Shown here: positions 54,301 through 63,726 of the stretch, one piece after another
Layout: each line of letters opens with the position of its first letter
How positions within the stretch are numbered: the stretch's first letter is position 1
From: a virus
Taxonomy: Duplodnaviria; Caudoviricetes
Length of the DNA: 64,000 nt
Virus record (IMG/VR): IMGVR_UViG_3300002307_000041
Span: 1 to 64,000 of that record
Direction: 5' to 3' (one strand)
Program-made: the position numbers and the translations under genes
The notes under the pieces: generated by a model
The model's input: only the letters and a program-made list of their open reading frames with translations
Told to the model about the DNA's origin: nothing
Databases searched by the model: none

Positions 54301-56806
54301 TTCATCTGACGCAGCGAACAAATTATATGTTGATGCCCAAGTAGCAGCATATGATCAATTAAGTGAACTTAGAGATGTTTCTATAACAACCACAAATTCA
54401 TATACAGCATCTAGTGTATCTGCGCCAAGTGGATCTGGACCATATTCTGTAATATTCACTATACCAACACAAACAACTGCTCCTACATCCGGTATAGGAT
54501 ACACTGTATCTGGCAATAGTAATTCTAATTATAATGGAACATTTTCAGCAACAGCTACTAGTACAACTAGTATAACACTGAGTTATCTAACAAATCCTGG
54601 ATCTTACGGAACAGGAACTACGACACTAACAACTAGTGGAATATCGAGCGGTGATCAGTTAGCATATAACGGTACTAGTTGGATCAATGCTTCACCATCT
54701 GGAGGTATAAGCAGCACTGTAACATCTATCGTTGTATCTCAGATTGCTAGGACTAGTAATGTAGTAACAGTAGTCACAAATAGCGCACACGGTCTTAATA
54801 ATAATGATAAAATGACCATAAACAATTTGGTTATTAATAACAATAGTATTCCCGGATTTAAAGGAAGTTATAGTATAACAAAAGTTGATGCTGTGACCTT
54901 TACCTATGTTAACTTCGGTGCAGAAATTGTTAACTTAACTGCGTTAACTGGTACTGCTACTGCAACTTCGTCTTCAGGAAACTATGTATTAATATCTTCT
55001 ACTAACAATATGTCAGTTGGCACTCCGATAACATTTAGTGGAAGTACAATAGGAAACCTATCTACTAATAATACATATTGGGTAGCATCAATTACATCGC
55101 AAACTACGTTGCCTGTAGCTGAGGTATCTAAATCTGGGTACGTTGTTACGGTATCAACTGGTGGATCTCCGTTTACATTAAATTCTTTCACAAGTAAATT
55201 GCTACAAGGAGATGGCACATATAGGGTAACATTTGCTATAAGTCAAAATCCTGCACCGGCCAATGGAGTAAGTTATCTGGTACTAGGAAATAGCAATAAT
55301 AGCTACAACGGTATATTCACTGCTTATAGCACTAGTACAGTTAGCATGACACTCATATATCCAGCGGATCCTGGCGTATACGGTACAGGAACTACTACGA
55401 TACAATATCTAGCCACACACGGGTTGACTACCGGACAGGTAGTTACTATATCTGGTACTGGATTAGTAGACCAAGCAAATGTTTCTATAACAGTAACAAA
55501 TGGTACACAGTTCACATATACCCAGTCTACTTCTGGAACAATAGCCGGTACGATCGTAAATGGGACAGCTACCCCCCAACCACAGATCACTTTAAGTAAT
55601 ACCTTAGGGGGGTCTGTAGTAACACAGACTGGCGCTATAGGATCTATGACGTTTACTGCTGCGGTAGTTGGTGCTGTGCAGATATTTTCTAATACCATAA
55701 ACAGTGGTGTTGTTGTAAACAGTATGGTTGCTGCTGGTGCGGCAATCGATCAAACAAAATTAAATCTAAACAGAGCAACTGTTGGATTAAACACACCGTT
55801 AAGTCCTGTAACTTTTGGTGTAGCAGCATTTAGCAGTAGTTACTTTACTTCAACTAATGGTTTTATAAGCCTAGCAGCAAACAGTGTGTCGTTAAGTAAT
55901 GTTGCTTCTATCGCAACAAATAATGTGTTAGGAAACATAAGTGGGATTACTTCTAATGTAAACACAGTGCCTGTTGATAGTTCTAGTAGTGCAAATACTT
56001 TAGTATTAAGAGACAGTTCATCAAACTTTAGTGCAGGAACTATAACTGCTGCATTGAGCGGAAATGCTAGTACTGCTACTAAATTAGCATCTAGTGTAAA
56101 CATAAATGGTGTAGCGTTTGATGGAAGTGGCAATATAACTGTTACTGCTGCTGCCGGCACACTTACTGGAGCAACATTAGCAAGTAATGTGTTAGCAGCT
56201 AGCTTAACTAGTGTTGGAACGCTAACTGGATTAACTGTAAGTGGTGCTATTGTTCCTAACGGTACTGGAACAATAAACCTAGGTAGTACACTTGCATATT
56301 GGAATAATGCTTACATTAACACCCTCACTATTGGTACAACTATTGTTCCAAACGCTAACAATACACTAAACATCGGTAGTTCTTCTTATTATTGGAATAC
56401 AATTTATGGTAATGCAACTTCAGCTAACTACGCTGACTTGGCTGAAAATTACGAAGGTGATCGCGAATACGATTACGGAACTGTAGTAATGATCGGTGGA
56501 GAGAAAGAAGTTACTCTAGCTACTGGATTTGGAACTACTAAAGTAGCAGGAGTTGTTTCTGAAAATCCAGCACACCTAATGAATGCAAGTTGTCCAGGAA
56601 TAAAAGTTCCAGTGGCCCTACAAGGACGAGTTCCTTGTAAGGTAGTTGGTAAAATATCCAAAGGTGATCTAATGGTAGTTGGACTAGTACCTGGAGTTGC
56701 TATGGCAAGCGATGATCCAAAAGCTGGCAGCATTATTGGAAAAGCATTAGCTGATTATGATAGTGATCGCATAGGCATAATAGAGGTGCTAGTAGGTAAG
56801 CATTGA
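48335..56806 (+). CDS. giant tail fibre/baseplate protein (2823 aa)
   Basis: gp9/gp10-like N-terminus (GNDATGDPIRDAF), Thr/Ser-rich repeats, C-terminal YADLAENY...VALQGRVPCKV domain. Confidence 0.8.
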   Translation: MVKKIIDVGIVGNDATGDPIRDAFTKTNENFTELYAALGNSGGLTFTGLLQTPDTLVPNDILITNPTGTALLQKALVAGYGLSIDNTDPSRIVLTNSGATVVSDHSPALGGNLDSRANIIYNLPDPTNYDTLQSQLGLSNQDGFAISKSYGDRNYVALKGSPLVNIVNFIEGQYYAIAALGTTTNTQWNIIAGTTGVTYAVGSNFIARVVGAGYGTGTAYNAMSGYLSVPPGATVTQVPQRQEVVGRAGDTMTGPLVLSGDPAIDANPNTAATKNYVDSTAFASQADYFVSTYGDDYQPLIAENKKGRALAYSFKTIARALAAAEKSQAASGTELGPYSKEVVYTSNLQTYPSTVYAVTQVGSSIEYYLDITHSGGGTDPRKGSNPDIRSGLLFRGISSNAIAVIDYVGGISTAPNIERYNIHYIGPTRFILGENLEYGDPVKKSQITIHVESGEYYEHYPLRVSENVSLVGDEMRRVIIRPKAFISASKWANIYFRRDITFDSVSPIQLATAISVGSFTTGLTYTIASLGSTSNAQWNTIAGTVGITYIVGSSFLAADAGVGLGDGTAYCVYGYNYLTDPSRSLYNRTISNSGSFNNAQKILYANKAFITAEALGYLDNNFNAVITASDSSTNSFTCLSNTNLNIGMPIRFSPFTTYVTATSAANNHITVGSTDGLILGQPIQFSGVSLGGLVLNNTYYVLSIVDSTNITISNVYPGVIHPVLTDAGFATLTSFNATFGGISSSVTYYVLGLIGNTQFTISSTISGTTPGSIVNLTTSLVGNSTMQGKFYRADSDYATTVGNLVDAIGFDLLYGDYTKTLEFGIEFYSSPVGLVDVGYRLTQTSDLVAYIGALVNYVIAQTPVPLSYQHTASSVTQLRNFINIAESGFGTAVNGLIQLASDIVNQDVSFNFPKYNNKMDMFLLNNAAITRFFTAQGHGGFVGVLDPEGQILTKSPFIEIAASFSQSTNSQAFAGGIFVDGFSGNLSCVITQNIDTQTYSVSSSAFKIRQPQTPCSFYVKGIRFEVDYISEFDPVSGTLNLHLNSATVDNVLYTNFNTDSLLTNGLYIELIGAGNRSIVTTHFTNINDLGYGIVATNNGLIEAVSLFTYYCYRAIYAVNGAQIRSLNGSNSYGVYGITAEASDPTEIPSVTNLYYPMAQTATIYKKLGYSTSGVSGDLLVYITNYQYLPFNISELEIDHNGIVTLYQITTVKQVTDVPNVAQLTLGSNSNSIVSINISNTGLAVSVTDGQPVIVRSLQNFRFNNVLNTNPIRPSTALLFDNDFDIYRVLSYSTVGLPIQQAVLTTSTSYNYIKVLVDSNAGMTAGSGRAGDTTFYCSSNLTANEKSRLVGKLFGWGSSMHTIIGFEDTTVTGQSYCRVTIDTPLTKSLLSGQGNIPITSYSRNSSGVVTITATAHGLTSLNNVVISGTNEIDTVGLFVNITYLTPDTFSYQTSTLTPVTGTGGYISGLSQIDLRSGMDNKQNIKIANVSRNGNVAYVTTTYPHYLNTGNTVNIKGVTITSNSNPGFNATNAVITSIDDYNFSYSNSGANLASNTAITGIIYSTTAFSINSISRSNSLSISTVTTSSNHGLSIGDTVNIVNTDFVLTVSSTSSVTNAITITNSASEGGNTYTTSNTTTGLIVGMPIVFSGSGLLGTNIAVGTTYYIKTIASSNSITISATPPSGAFTTFLLATISGASGNAAAGWGFGTLNVDILTVPSTNKFTYKNAGTELSTTAFTGPSIANAYFIDPTLARVTIYISLTRCTGHDFLSIGTGGFADTNYPNNIYGASVNRNQTVNEVTEIGNGRCFYVSTDQDGNFKVGPFFSVDQGTGIVKFASSIVLTNLDGLGFKRGVAISSFNADDTMADDAIDAVPTQSAVVGYINRRLGINAVGSILTFDKIGPGFLPLDGSVPFSGTLDMSSHKIINVTSPTSDSDAANRGFVNSSIANLLSKSGGTMSGNINMGGNNLTSVGGIDMSSNKITSLASPTISSDAANKLYVDAQVAAYDQLSELRDVSITTTNSYTASSVSAPSGSGPYSVIFTIPTQTTAPTSGIGYTVSGNSNSNYNGTFSATATSTTSITLSYLTNPGSYGTGTTTLTTSGISSGDQLAYNGTSWINASPSGGISSTVTSIVVSQIARTSNVVTVVTNSAHGLNNNDKMTINNLVINNNSIPGFKGSYSITKVDAVTFTYVNFGAEIVNLTALTGTATATSSSGNYVLISSTNNMSVGTPITFSGSTIGNLSTNNTYWVASITSQTTLPVAEVSKSGYVVTVSTGGSPFTLNSFTSKLLQGDGTYRVTFAISQNPAPANGVSYLVLGNSNNSYNGIFTAYSTSTVSMTLIYPADPGVYGTGTTTIQYLATHGLTTGQVVTISGTGLVDQANVSITVTNGTQFTYTQSTSGTIAGTIVNGTATPQPQITLSNTLGGSVVTQTGAIGSMTFTAAVVGAVQIFSNTINSGVVVNSMVAAGAAIDQTKLNLNRATVGLNTPLSPVTFGVAAFSSSYFTSTNGFISLAANSVSLSNVASIATNNVLGNISGITSNVNTVPVDSSSSANTLVLRDSSSNFSAGTITAALSGNASTATKLASSVNINGVAFDGSGNITVTAAAGTLTGATLASNVLAASLTSVGTLTGLTVSGAIVPNGTGTINLGSTLAYWNNAYINTLTIGTTIVPNANNTLNIGSSSYYWNTIYGNATSANYADLAENYEGDREYDYGTVVMIGGEKEVTLATGFGTTKVAGVVSENPAHLMNASCPGIKVPVALQGRVPCKVVGKISKGDLMVVGLVPGVAMASDDPKAGSIIGKALADYDSDRIGIIEVLVGKH

Positions 56807-56838
56807 TCTACGATAAATATCAGTAAGGAGATCAATCA

Positions 56839-57573
56839 ATGGATATAGTTTATGTAAATGTTGGAAAAGTAGTAAACGACGGTACTGGGGACGACCTCTA
56901 TACCGCGTTTACTAAGATAAACAATAACTTCCAGCAAATTGATTATCAACAGCCACAAAATAACACCGCATCAAATGTAGGTGCAGGTATTGGAATATAC
57001 AAAGAAAAAATAGGTAGTGACTTAAGACTTAAATCACTATCTGCTGGTACTGGAATAAGCATAGTTTCTGAAGCTAACGATATCTTGATCTCAAGCACAG
57101 GAACTACACTAACTGTTAATGGTAATAGCGGAACTTACACATCAACTAGTGCCAACACTATCCTAAATATAGTCGGTGGTACTGCTATCAGTGTAGCAGT
57201 GAACGGTAACACTCTAACTATAAACAATACAGGAACAGTGCAAACAGATACAAATCCTAGTCTGGGTGGGAATCTAAATCTAAATGGTCATAACATATCT
57301 GGAACAGGTACTATAACAGCTACACAATTTACTGGCCCAATTACAGGCAATGTAACAGGCAATGTAACAGGTAACTTATTAGGTAACGTAACTGGATTAA
57401 TTAATAATCAAAACATTACTAGTGTAGTTGATACAGCCAGAGGTTTTGATTTTGGTACTATTAGGAAACCAAATATATCTCCAGATATAGATTTTATAAA
57501 ATGGTTGAAGTATCATATGAATGTAGACATGGGATCGTTCGTTGATCCTACAACAAGTATAACTTTTAGCTAA
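56839..57573 (+). CDS. baseplate/fibre protein
   Basis: NDGTGDDLYTAFTKINNNF N-terminus; GATAAATA box. Confidence 0.7.
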   Translation: MDIVYVNVGKVVNDGTGDDLYTAFTKINNNFQQIDYQQPQNNTASNVGAGIGIYKEKIGSDLRLKSLSAGTGISIVSEANDILISSTGTTLTVNGNSGTYTSTSANTILNIVGGTAISVAVNGNTLTINNTGTVQTDTNPSLGGNLNLNGHNISGTGTITATQFTGPITGNVTGNVTGNLLGNVTGLINNQNITSVVDTARGFDFGTIRKPNISPDIDFIKWLKYHMNVDMGSFVDPTTSITFS

Positions 57574-57585
57574 TGGCGGATTAAA

Positions 57586-60500
57586 ATGACCGAGAAGCCG
57601 GTATGGAATGTCAAATCTGAAACTGTTTTAACAACGGTAGATACTGGAGTAATGGTTAATATACCTTTACCGGTAATTAATCCCCCTGTTGAATTAACAG
57701 CCACCTATCCGCCATCAGCTGCGCCTGTTGAGATATATAATTTTTCATCTTATCATAAACCCAATATAAAAACAGATCGCACAGATCGATTTATAGGAAA
57801 TAGTGAAGCATTCGCAGATGCTAACGATTTTTGGATTAAGAGTACAGGTTGGACCACACAAGCAGCGTTGCCTAATTCTTATCCTACTAAATTTAAAGCA
57901 GAACCAAAAGATTATGTTTTCAAACTGCCCAGGCAGAGAAATATATTAGATGCAAAAAAACCTATTAAAACTATCGGGTTTATAGGAGTAGCGATTGATG
58001 GAGTTCCTTTCTCTTCACCTAGTTCAGAAAAAACACACAACTATAACGGTGCAATATATACAGAAAATGATATATTAAATCCCATAAATTATCCAACCGG
58101 ATTAGGTAACGGTGCTAAGTTAGTAGGACCAGATAAAGCCTACTCTTATAATTCATATCCAACGATATTAGATAATTCTAATATGTCAATCCATAGTAAC
58201 ATTATAGGATATGCATTTGATGGATGGCCTATATATGGACCTAGGGGATATACGAATGCCGACGGTAGTGGCGGTATATCTCTTATGACATCAAGCCATC
58301 AATTAAAAACTACTCTTAGATCAAACGGTAGCGTTCCTGATGGTACTTTTGTAGAAGATTATATATTTGTTAGCGGATCGGGATCGTTAGATGAGTACAA
58401 TGGAAGAGATTGCATCACACCAGAATATCCAAACGGGGTATATGCCTATTTCGCAACAGTCAATCCTGCTAATACGATAGAACCACTTTATCCTTATATA
58501 CTAGGACCATACTATAAGAGCAAGCCTGCAAAACCAAACGGAAGCTTTGTATATCCTGGAACTATAGCTGTTCATCTAATAAGTGGACAGTTACCTCCCG
58601 GTCTGAGGCTAGAAGGAACAAGCATAGTAGGAACCACATATTCTCTCAAGACTGATACAGTTTTTAAATTTACATTACGAGCAGAAAACAGCAGCGGTAT
58701 ATCAGACAAGACATTGGTAATAAACATAAATGCAGTAGAAGGTATACTATGGGAAACTGCTGCTGGAACATTACCGGTTGGAAATAATAAACTTTTTCCA
58801 ATACCCGTACAGTTTGATCCAAATAATATAGGACCGGATTTGGTATTGTCTGAAAAAAATCTCGTAGTAACAGCAAGTCCTTCGATACTTGAACCAACTG
58901 CGCTAGCTACATTTGCTATCGCATCTGGAACTAAAGTGATGTTTAGCGTGATAATCGACAAGGTTGTTAGTGGAGAATATACTGCTGTAGGAATTTCTAA
59001 TAGAAGTGACGACTTAACAACCTATCTAGGGAACACAAATTATTCTTTAGGATTTTGGGATGATGGATCACTCATAGCCAACTCCGGAAACATTTATTAT
59101 CAACCAGGTACCTTTCCAACCATGTCCGACGGTGACATAGTCGATGTGGCAGTAGATAGACAGTCCGATTTAATATGGATCAGGATAAATGGAAAAGACT
59201 GGAACGGTGATCTAACAAGCGATCCAAGGACAGGTGCCGGCGGTATTGATATCTCTTTTATGAGGTATCAACAATATTATCCAGCAGTAAGTCCTTATAA
59301 TGATGGGATTACTGCGGGGCGTATTACTATTAAATCATTGCCTAGTTATGACATCCCTCTTGGTTTTACCTTCGTTGGTGACGAAATCATAAACGATGTT
59401 TATTATGTATTAGACAACGGTTTTGTTGATTATCAATTATCTGTAGTAGATAGGAATCTAGCACTAGCACAAGATTTAAAATTTTATATACCACCAAATG
59501 GCGGAACTTTACCGTTGGGATTATCAATTAGCGATACTGGACGTATAACCGGATTTACTAAACCTGTATTTTCTGTCAACACTAGCAGTTATAATGGTGA
59601 CTACGATATGAATACATATGATACATCTGTGTATGATTACGGATTAAAACCAAATAACGGGTTTGATAGTTTCTTATTTGATACGACTACCTACGATTTT
59701 AATTATAATGTCAATATACCAAAAAAACTCAATAGGTATTATGAATTTATAGTGAGGGCTACTGATGGTTATTTCTACGAAGATAGAAAATTTAAAATCT
59801 ATGTAGTAGGAGACGATCATTTTAGGGCAGACACTACACTAATTGATGCAGGAACCAATTTCTTTAGGGCAGATGTTACCTATCTGAGGAAACCAATCTG
59901 GCTAACACCTAACGATTTAGGTACAAAACGAGCCAATAACTATGTAACTATCCCTACTTCAATTTATGTGTCAGATAGCATCGTTGGAGTTGTAACATAT
60001 ATATTAGATAAAACAAATGACGATGGTACGATCAGCCAATTACCTATCGGTTTACAATTGGATGAGCGCACTGGGACCATATACGGTGCGATACCATATC
60101 AGCCTGCTATATCCAAATTATATAAATTTACCATAAGAGCCTATAGATATGATCCTTCTAAAGGAGATACACAAGATACTGCTAGGACATTTACCCTAAA
60201 TGTAATAGGAGATATTAAAGGAACTATTACATTTACCACTAACGGTGATCTAGGATATATAGACACAGGATTAACTAGTACCCTAAGTGTTTCTGCAAAA
60301 ACTAAAGTTAAAAATGGTGTTTTAATTTATTCTCTAGCAGCAGGAAGGTTGCCGCCTGGACTCACATTATATAATGACGGTACTATACAGGGAAAAGTTA
60401 ACCAGTTTGAAGAAAACAATCTATTAGGGTTAACAGCTATCGATTCTGCTGCTACTAGATTTGACGGTGGTACTACTACTATAGATAGACAATTTATATT

Positions 60501-61434
60501 CACAGTGAGAGCAGAGGATCAACTAAAACTAAGTGCGACTACTAAGACCTTTAGTATAGAGGTACTAACTCCTGATTCAGTTCCTTATAGTAATGTATAT
60601 CTAAAACCTTTATTAGATTCAGCTATGAGGATAAAAGTTCTATCATTTTTACATGACATTAATATTTTCACACCCGGATTAGTATACAGATCAAGCGATC
60701 CCAATTTTGGAGTGCAGACTTCTCTTAAAATGTTGTTGTATCCCGGAATAGAAACGGTTGAAGCTGTAAATTACGTTTCAGCATTCGGAAGAAGTTATAA
60801 AAAACAATTTAGATTGGGCGATGTTAAAAAAGCCGTTGCTAAATTGCCCGGTACAAATACTGTAGTATACGAAGTTGTATATATAGAAGTTATTGATAAC
60901 CAAGAAAATTCTAAAGGTAGTACAAGTAGTATCATAAAAATTAACGATAAGAAATATCCCATAAAAGTTAATCAAGGTAGACGGGACGCCATTGACGACT
61001 CGTACGGAGCCGATATATCTACTATAGAAACTACTAGTGGAATTCCTAGGATCAAACCAATAGATAGAGTTATGAGTGCAGACTATGACGGTCAGCGAGC
61101 AGGAGACTCTAATAAGTCAACAGTATTTGGTAATAGCACAACCAATATGAGAAATAATTTAAGTAAAGTAGGTAGTACTGAACGTAACTATTTGCCACTA
61201 TGGATGTTAACTCCCCAAGATTCTAGCGGAATAGTACAGAGTTTTACCAAAGCTATACCTCTTTGTTTTTGTATACCCGGTGGAGCTGATACTATTTTAT
61301 TAAACATAAAACATAGCGTGTTTGATTTTAAAATGATAAACTACACAATAGACAGAGCCATTATCGATAGTGTTACTGGTTATGTGGGTGATAAATACTT
61401 AATGTTCCCAGCGAGAGAGGTTATAAATGGTTAG
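57586..61434 (+). CDS. large structural protein with YHYH-like, Ig-like and SPRY-like domains
   Basis: GVAIDGVPF, GYAFDGWPIYG, LDEYNG; repeated G.LPPGL motifs. Confidence 0.65.
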   Translation: MTEKPVWNVKSETVLTTVDTGVMVNIPLPVINPPVELTATYPPSAAPVEIYNFSSYHKPNIKTDRTDRFIGNSEAFADANDFWIKSTGWTTQAALPNSYPTKFKAEPKDYVFKLPRQRNILDAKKPIKTIGFIGVAIDGVPFSSPSSEKTHNYNGAIYTENDILNPINYPTGLGNGAKLVGPDKAYSYNSYPTILDNSNMSIHSNIIGYAFDGWPIYGPRGYTNADGSGGISLMTSSHQLKTTLRSNGSVPDGTFVEDYIFVSGSGSLDEYNGRDCITPEYPNGVYAYFATVNPANTIEPLYPYILGPYYKSKPAKPNGSFVYPGTIAVHLISGQLPPGLRLEGTSIVGTTYSLKTDTVFKFTLRAENSSGISDKTLVININAVEGILWETAAGTLPVGNNKLFPIPVQFDPNNIGPDLVLSEKNLVVTASPSILEPTALATFAIASGTKVMFSVIIDKVVSGEYTAVGISNRSDDLTTYLGNTNYSLGFWDDGSLIANSGNIYYQPGTFPTMSDGDIVDVAVDRQSDLIWIRINGKDWNGDLTSDPRTGAGGIDISFMRYQQYYPAVSPYNDGITAGRITIKSLPSYDIPLGFTFVGDEIINDVYYVLDNGFVDYQLSVVDRNLALAQDLKFYIPPNGGTLPLGLSISDTGRITGFTKPVFSVNTSSYNGDYDMNTYDTSVYDYGLKPNNGFDSFLFDTTTYDFNYNVNIPKKLNRYYEFIVRATDGYFYEDRKFKIYVVGDDHFRADTTLIDAGTNFFRADVTYLRKPIWLTPNDLGTKRANNYVTIPTSIYVSDSIVGVVTYILDKTNDDGTISQLPIGLQLDERTGTIYGAIPYQPAISKLYKFTIRAYRYDPSKGDTQDTARTFTLNVIGDIKGTITFTTNGDLGYIDTGLTSTLSVSAKTKVKNGVLIYSLAAGRLPPGLTLYNDGTIQGKVNQFEENNLLGLTAIDSAATRFDGGTTTIDRQFIFTVRAEDQLKLSATTKTFSIEVLTPDSVPYSNVYLKPLLDSAMRIKVLSFLHDINIFTPGLVYRSSDPNFGVQTSLKMLLYPGIETVEAVNYVSAFGRSYKKQFRLGDVKKAVAKLPGTNTVVYEVVYIEVIDNQENSKGSTSSIIKINDKKYPIKVNQGRRDAIDDSYGADISTIETTSGIPRIKPIDRVMSADYDGQRAGDSNKSTVFGNSTTNMRNNLSKVGSTERNYLPLWMLTPQDSSGIVQSFTKAIPLCFCIPGGADTILLNIKHSVFDFKMINYTIDRAIIDSVTGYVGDKYLMFPAREVING

Positions 61435-62329
61435 TCAAATTAATTACAGCAGCATAGATGCTACATATCCAATAGCAGGAAAGGATAATGATAGCCAAGG
61501 TTTCCGTGATAATTTTGGTTATATTAAATCCGGATTAGAAATCGCACAGGGAGAGATTACTTCTTTACAAAATAATGCCGCAGTTACTTCTGGCAATAAT
61601 AATTTTAACAACAATCAGATATCAGGAGCTGTTTTTTTAAACAACAGCGATTTATTCTTCGATGGTGGTAGCATTAGTGTCAACACAGCAGTACCTTATA
61701 GTAGCGGTCCTTATCAAAAGTATACGATAGCAGGGGGTCCTCTTACGCTCAATTTATCATTTCCTACAAACAGTTCTCAAGTTTTTAAAATGAGAATAGA
61801 GCTATTGGGTGTAGGTAGCCCATTTGCTGTAGGTTTTGGAGGAACCGGATCAACTATTATTACTAACAACTTTGCTAATCCTATATACATAACAAGCACC
61901 ACTAGAGCTAGGATATTCGATATATGGACATACGATGCGGGAACAAATGTTTACATTTATGAATTAAATGATCACGAAAGCTTTTATGATAATGGAGAAG
62001 TGAGTACATCAGACACATTCCTCTATTCATCTGGAGCATATCAACAATATGTATTAACTGGAAATACTACTTTAACAGTAGGAGGATTTCCAATTTCACT
62101 AACAGCTGGAAAAATTCGATTAGAAGTATATAGCGACGGTGGAACTTATAATGCTATATTCGCAGCCGTTAACAACCTTCCATCTCCTACTGCTGGAACT
62201 ATTAAAATGAGTAGCAGAGTTCCTGACCCAATCGTAATTAACAGTGATACAGATCCATTAGTTTTTGAATTTTGGTCACATGACGGTGGTGATACTGTGT
62301 TTATGGACTGCTTGGGATATTTTTCTTAA
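61427..62329 (+). CDS. structural protein
   Basis: IDATYPIAGKDNDSQGFRDNF N-terminus; duplicated Y.SG.YQ.Y motif. Confidence 0.65.
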   Translation: MVSQINYSSIDATYPIAGKDNDSQGFRDNFGYIKSGLEIAQGEITSLQNNAAVTSGNNNFNNNQISGAVFLNNSDLFFDGGSISVNTAVPYSSGPYQKYTIAGGPLTLNLSFPTNSSQVFKMRIELLGVGSPFAVGFGGTGSTIITNNFANPIYITSTTRARIFDIWTYDAGTNVYIYELNDHESFYDNGEVSTSDTFLYSSGAYQQYVLTGNTTLTVGGFPISLTAGKIRLEVYSDGGTYNAIFAAVNNLPSPTAGTIKMSSRVPDPIVINSDTDPLVFEFWSHDGGDTVFMDCLGYFS

Positions 62330-62565
62330 TGCACCCGTTTGCTCCAGATCTATCTAATCTATCAGATCAAGAATTAGACAACAAGATAGTAGATCTAAGC
62401 AAAAAATATTTTCAAGCAGTGCGATTTAGTCCTAGTATTTCTCATCAAGTTGTGTTATTATTAGAGAGTTATAAGTCTGAGCAGCAGAGTAGGTTTGCTG
62501 CAAAACAGGCAAAATCTATGATAACTGGAGATGATGATTTAAATGAACTTATTAGGATCGACTAA
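62329..62565 (+). CDS. hypothetical protein
   Basis: TAATG coupling. Confidence 0.65.
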   Translation: MHPFAPDLSNLSDQELDNKIVDLSKKYFQAVRFSPSISHQVVLLLESYKSEQQSRFAAKQAKSMITGDDDLNELIRID

Positions 62566-63199
62566 GACATACGAGCCAACGACAATTACGTTTAAAGTAA
62601 ATTGTTTAGCCTATGTTGATAAGATGCTGCTGATAAACAAGTATAAGATCAAAGTTGGATTTTTCTATACCAAAGAGAATCAAATCTTAAGTGAAATGGT
62701 TCTAGATCAGATAGAAGTATTTTTTAGTCTATTGATTGAAAATTGTATCATCATAGATAAAGCTGCGTATGATGCTATGCAAGAAAAATTTGAAAACAAC
62801 TTCTTTATGGTGGACGATCGTCCACACGATCAAGTAATAGCTTGTGCATTATTTTTAAAATTAGTTAGTATTGTTGGAGATAATTTATCAATAGAGTATC
62901 TCTCTCTAAGCAGCAAATTAGGTGATAAGATCTGTTATACGATCGATTCTGAATCTGAAGAAATAGCTGTTATGCTTCCAACCAAAGAAGAATGGTGGAA
63001 AGACGATATTAAACACGAACCTTGGTGGTTGAGAAAAGACACAGCTACCTACGATAAGCTAACAGATGATGGCGAAATATTTGAAGGCGAGTTTAAGTGG
63101 GAAGAAATGTTTAAAGACGAGCTCGAGGCAGCTACAAAAGCAGATACTCCAAAGTCAAAAACATTTACTATTATCTCTGGTGGGAAAGATGCAAATTGA
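62543..63199 (+). CDS. hypothetical protein
   Basis: 218-aa ORF. Confidence 0.7.
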   Translation: MNLLGSTKTYEPTTITFKVNCLAYVDKMLLINKYKIKVGFFYTKENQILSEMVLDQIEVFFSLLIENCIIIDKAAYDAMQEKFENNFFMVDDRPHDQVIACALFLKLVSIVGDNLSIEYLSLSSKLGDKICYTIDSESEEIAVMLPTKEEWWKDDIKHEPWWLRKDTATYDKLTDDGEIFEGEFKWEEMFKDELEAATKADTPKSKTFTIISGGKDAN

Positions 63200-63716
63200 T
63201 AGACTAGGTAGGATCTCATATAGCAGCAAAGATCTGCTTGAACAGATATATCTAGGAAACATAAAAAAGATTTCTAAAGCATCAGTATCTTTAGAAGATA
63301 TCGATTACGGAAAGTACTTAGAGTACTTAGAAGAAAAGGCTATCTATGATTGGCCTATTCCTCTGCCTGAAAACAAAGATGATATAGATATTGAGACTTA
63401 CGATCAGTCAAACCAACATAGTTGGCTAATGCCTGCTGAATACAAGGATTATTCAATTGCATCCTATCTATTATCTCTATGTAATACGGCAGAGGAAACT
63501 TCTAGGGTGAAACTAGAATTGGAACTATTCGAACAGCATAATATGATAGAACTGTTGTGCTATCTAAAGTTTTTAGTTGACATTATGATTAAGAACAATG
63601 TATTATGGGGAGTAGGCAGAGGATCAAGTGTAGCTAGTTATTGCTTGTATCTTTTAGGAATACATAAAATCGATTCACTTAAATACAATTTAGATATAAA
63701 AGAATTCTTAAGATAG
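63189..63716 (+). CDS. short DNA polymerase III alpha (DnaE)-like fragment
   Basis: WGVGRGSSVAS..LYLLGIHKID motif. Confidence 0.75.
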   Translation: MQIDRLGRISYSSKDLLEQIYLGNIKKISKASVSLEDIDYGKYLEYLEEKAIYDWPIPLPENKDDIDIETYDQSNQHSWLMPAEYKDYSIASYLLSLCNTAEETSRVKLELELFEQHNMIELLCYLKFLVDIMIKNNVLWGVGRGSSVASYCLYLLGIHKIDSLKYNLDIKEFLR

Positions 63717-63726
63717 GAGAGAAAAA

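Noticed and set aside
48229-60975. Minus-strand ORFs within the giant structural genes
   Set aside because: Antisense shadows of Thr/Ser/Asn-rich codon bias, with no independent signals.
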